A model generated the notes under the pieces. It was not told where the DNA came from. It saw nothing but the letters and a program-made list of their open reading frames with translations, and ran no database searches. 64,000 nt of DNA, from positions 1,178,001-1,242,000 of the forward strand of contig CDROCS010002398.1 of NCBI GenBank assembly GCA_977020255.1, written 5' to 3'. Position numbers and translations under genes: made by a program. This stretch comes from Obrimoposthia wandeli (lineage: Eukaryota). Shown in pieces: positions 62,690 through 64,000 of this stretch (its first letter is position 1; each line of letters starts with the position of its first letter).

Positions 62690-63953
62690 CGTGAAATGGA
62701 CAACTTAACATTAGACGTCTTCGTTTTGATCAAATTTCAAGAAGAAATGAAGATCTGAAATCAGAATGGGTTAGATTAGAATCATTACAAAGAAAGTTTA
62801 CTGGTTTAGAGGATAAGAGCTCATTGGCAAAAGCAGGATTTTATAAACACGATGATTCAAGTGATAATGTAAAATATCTAGGTGCATTATCTAAATTGTA
62901 GTTCTATCTTAAACCAATGAAGCAACATATGTTATTTTTCCAACATGTCCATTCGTTTTGAAAATTGATGTGTATAAAATGTACCATATATTGAACCCAG
63001 CATCAAACAAATATAATTTGATACTGCTCCAATGGATAAAGTAGTTATTGTACACAATAATTATTTTAATGATTTTGAAATATCTACATTATCAATTTTT
63101 CTGCATGTCTATATTTGAAGATATTCTTATCGATGTCGTTTCTTTCAGAAAGCAGTACCCCAACTTGTGTTTATTGAGACTATGCCAGAAAATATTTCAC
63201 ACAAGAGTGTTAGTTTGTTCTAGATAAAATAAATTTGGATAAAATTCTTAAAATTGTTAGATTGTTCCGGAAAAAATAAATTTGGATAGCTTCGATATTT
63301 TTAAATAGGAAATTGTTTTTCAAGTTTTATCATAAAATTCTTCAATAATATAGAATGATAATAAATTTGGATAGCTTCGATATTTATAAATAGGAAATTG
63401 TTTTTCAAGTTTTATCATAAAATTCTAATTGTTAAGAATGTTTCTGGGAAAATAAATTTGGATAAAATTCTTCAATAATATATTTTCAGGAAATTGCTGT
63501 ATATTTTTGTGCCCTTCAATTGTATTGTACAATAATTTTTTGTGTCTGTTTTATAGTCGGATGGGGCAGAACAGACAAAAGGGAGAGAGAATTGTCAGAG
63601 TGGCGATAGTGGACAGTGAGATGGCAGCGTGTGCAGATCAGCAGGTAGGTCGGCTATTATTTATAGCTATGATAGAATCAAATCCATTTTACTAATTAGG
63701 TTTAAAACATTTTGTAAAAAAATATGATTCTATATATGAGTTTATACCGGATTTAATGAATTTAAGTTCTTTAAAAATAAAACCTGAACCAAGTCATGCT
63801 ATAAATTATCTTGAATACCTCTTACAAAATACCGAATGTGTTGTTTGCATGACGGATATGATTTCCGTAGCATTTTTACCATGCGGACACTTAAACACAT
63901 GTATTAAATGTTCAGATCATTTTATTTCACGCCCGCAAGACATTTATCATTAG
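62690..63953 (+). pseudogene. Intronless inhibitor-of-apoptosis (BIR + C-terminal RING) gene, disrupted
   Basis: LKSEWVRLES..LAKAGFYK..DNVK..(frameshift)..FPTCPF (BIR, about 62750-62970). CVVCMTDMISVAFLPCGHLNTCIKCS (IAP-type RING, 63834-63910) lacks the last CxxC. Confidence 0.75.
63235..63490. repeat. Local tandem duplications inside the IAP remnant
   Basis: ATAAATTTGGATAGCTTCGATATTT..TTTATCATAAAATTCT occurs twice; AAATAAATTTGGATA occurs four times. Confidence 0.8.
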
Positions 63954-64000
63954 ACGAATAAGAAATATCAGATTTCATAGCATAAGCAATTGAACAAAAA

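Larger units (their letters stand above)
60169..64000. mobile_element. Left terminus of a second Polinton/Maverick-like element, continuing beyond the window
   Basis: Starts AGTAGGT like the other element. C-tract and AAGGTCA/TGACCT repeats in the first 150 bp, followed by closely packed intronless ORF remnants on both strands. Confidence 0.5.

Overview
AT-rich, intron- and repeat-rich animal genomic DNA, probably spiralian judging from the receptor type; not prokaryotic. I reconstructed two host genes on the + strand by hand from GT-AG phase-compatible exons. (1) The 3' part of a Cys-loop nicotinic acetylcholine receptor subunit (M2, M3, an intracellular loop of about 500 aa, M4; exons 11933-12019, 17235-17353, 26465-27226, 28582-28755, 32939-33126, 38221-38698). 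Its M2 resembles the anion-selective lophotrochozoan type. The ligand-binding and M1 exons were not found in the window. (2) A very divergent Smoothened (exons from about 45177 to 54320, CRD through TM6; TM7 unresolved). Both ends of the window are occupied by what look like termini of two different Polinton/Maverick-like elements. One is a right end at 1265 with an intact DEDD-like accessory ORF, tandem repeats and a terminal hairpin. The other is a left end at 60169 carrying decayed intronless ORFs, including a BIR+RING IAP. Introns and spacers hold a BEL/Pao pol, an internally deleted hATm-type element, MITEs with perfect TSDs, decayed mariner/Tc1/hAT/MULE/Chapaev/gypsy/DIRS/LINE fragments, a 28S rRNA fragment, a tRNA-like relic, a 2-kb diverged palindrome and several mini/microsatellites. 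Family assignments come from motif recognition by eye, not database searches.
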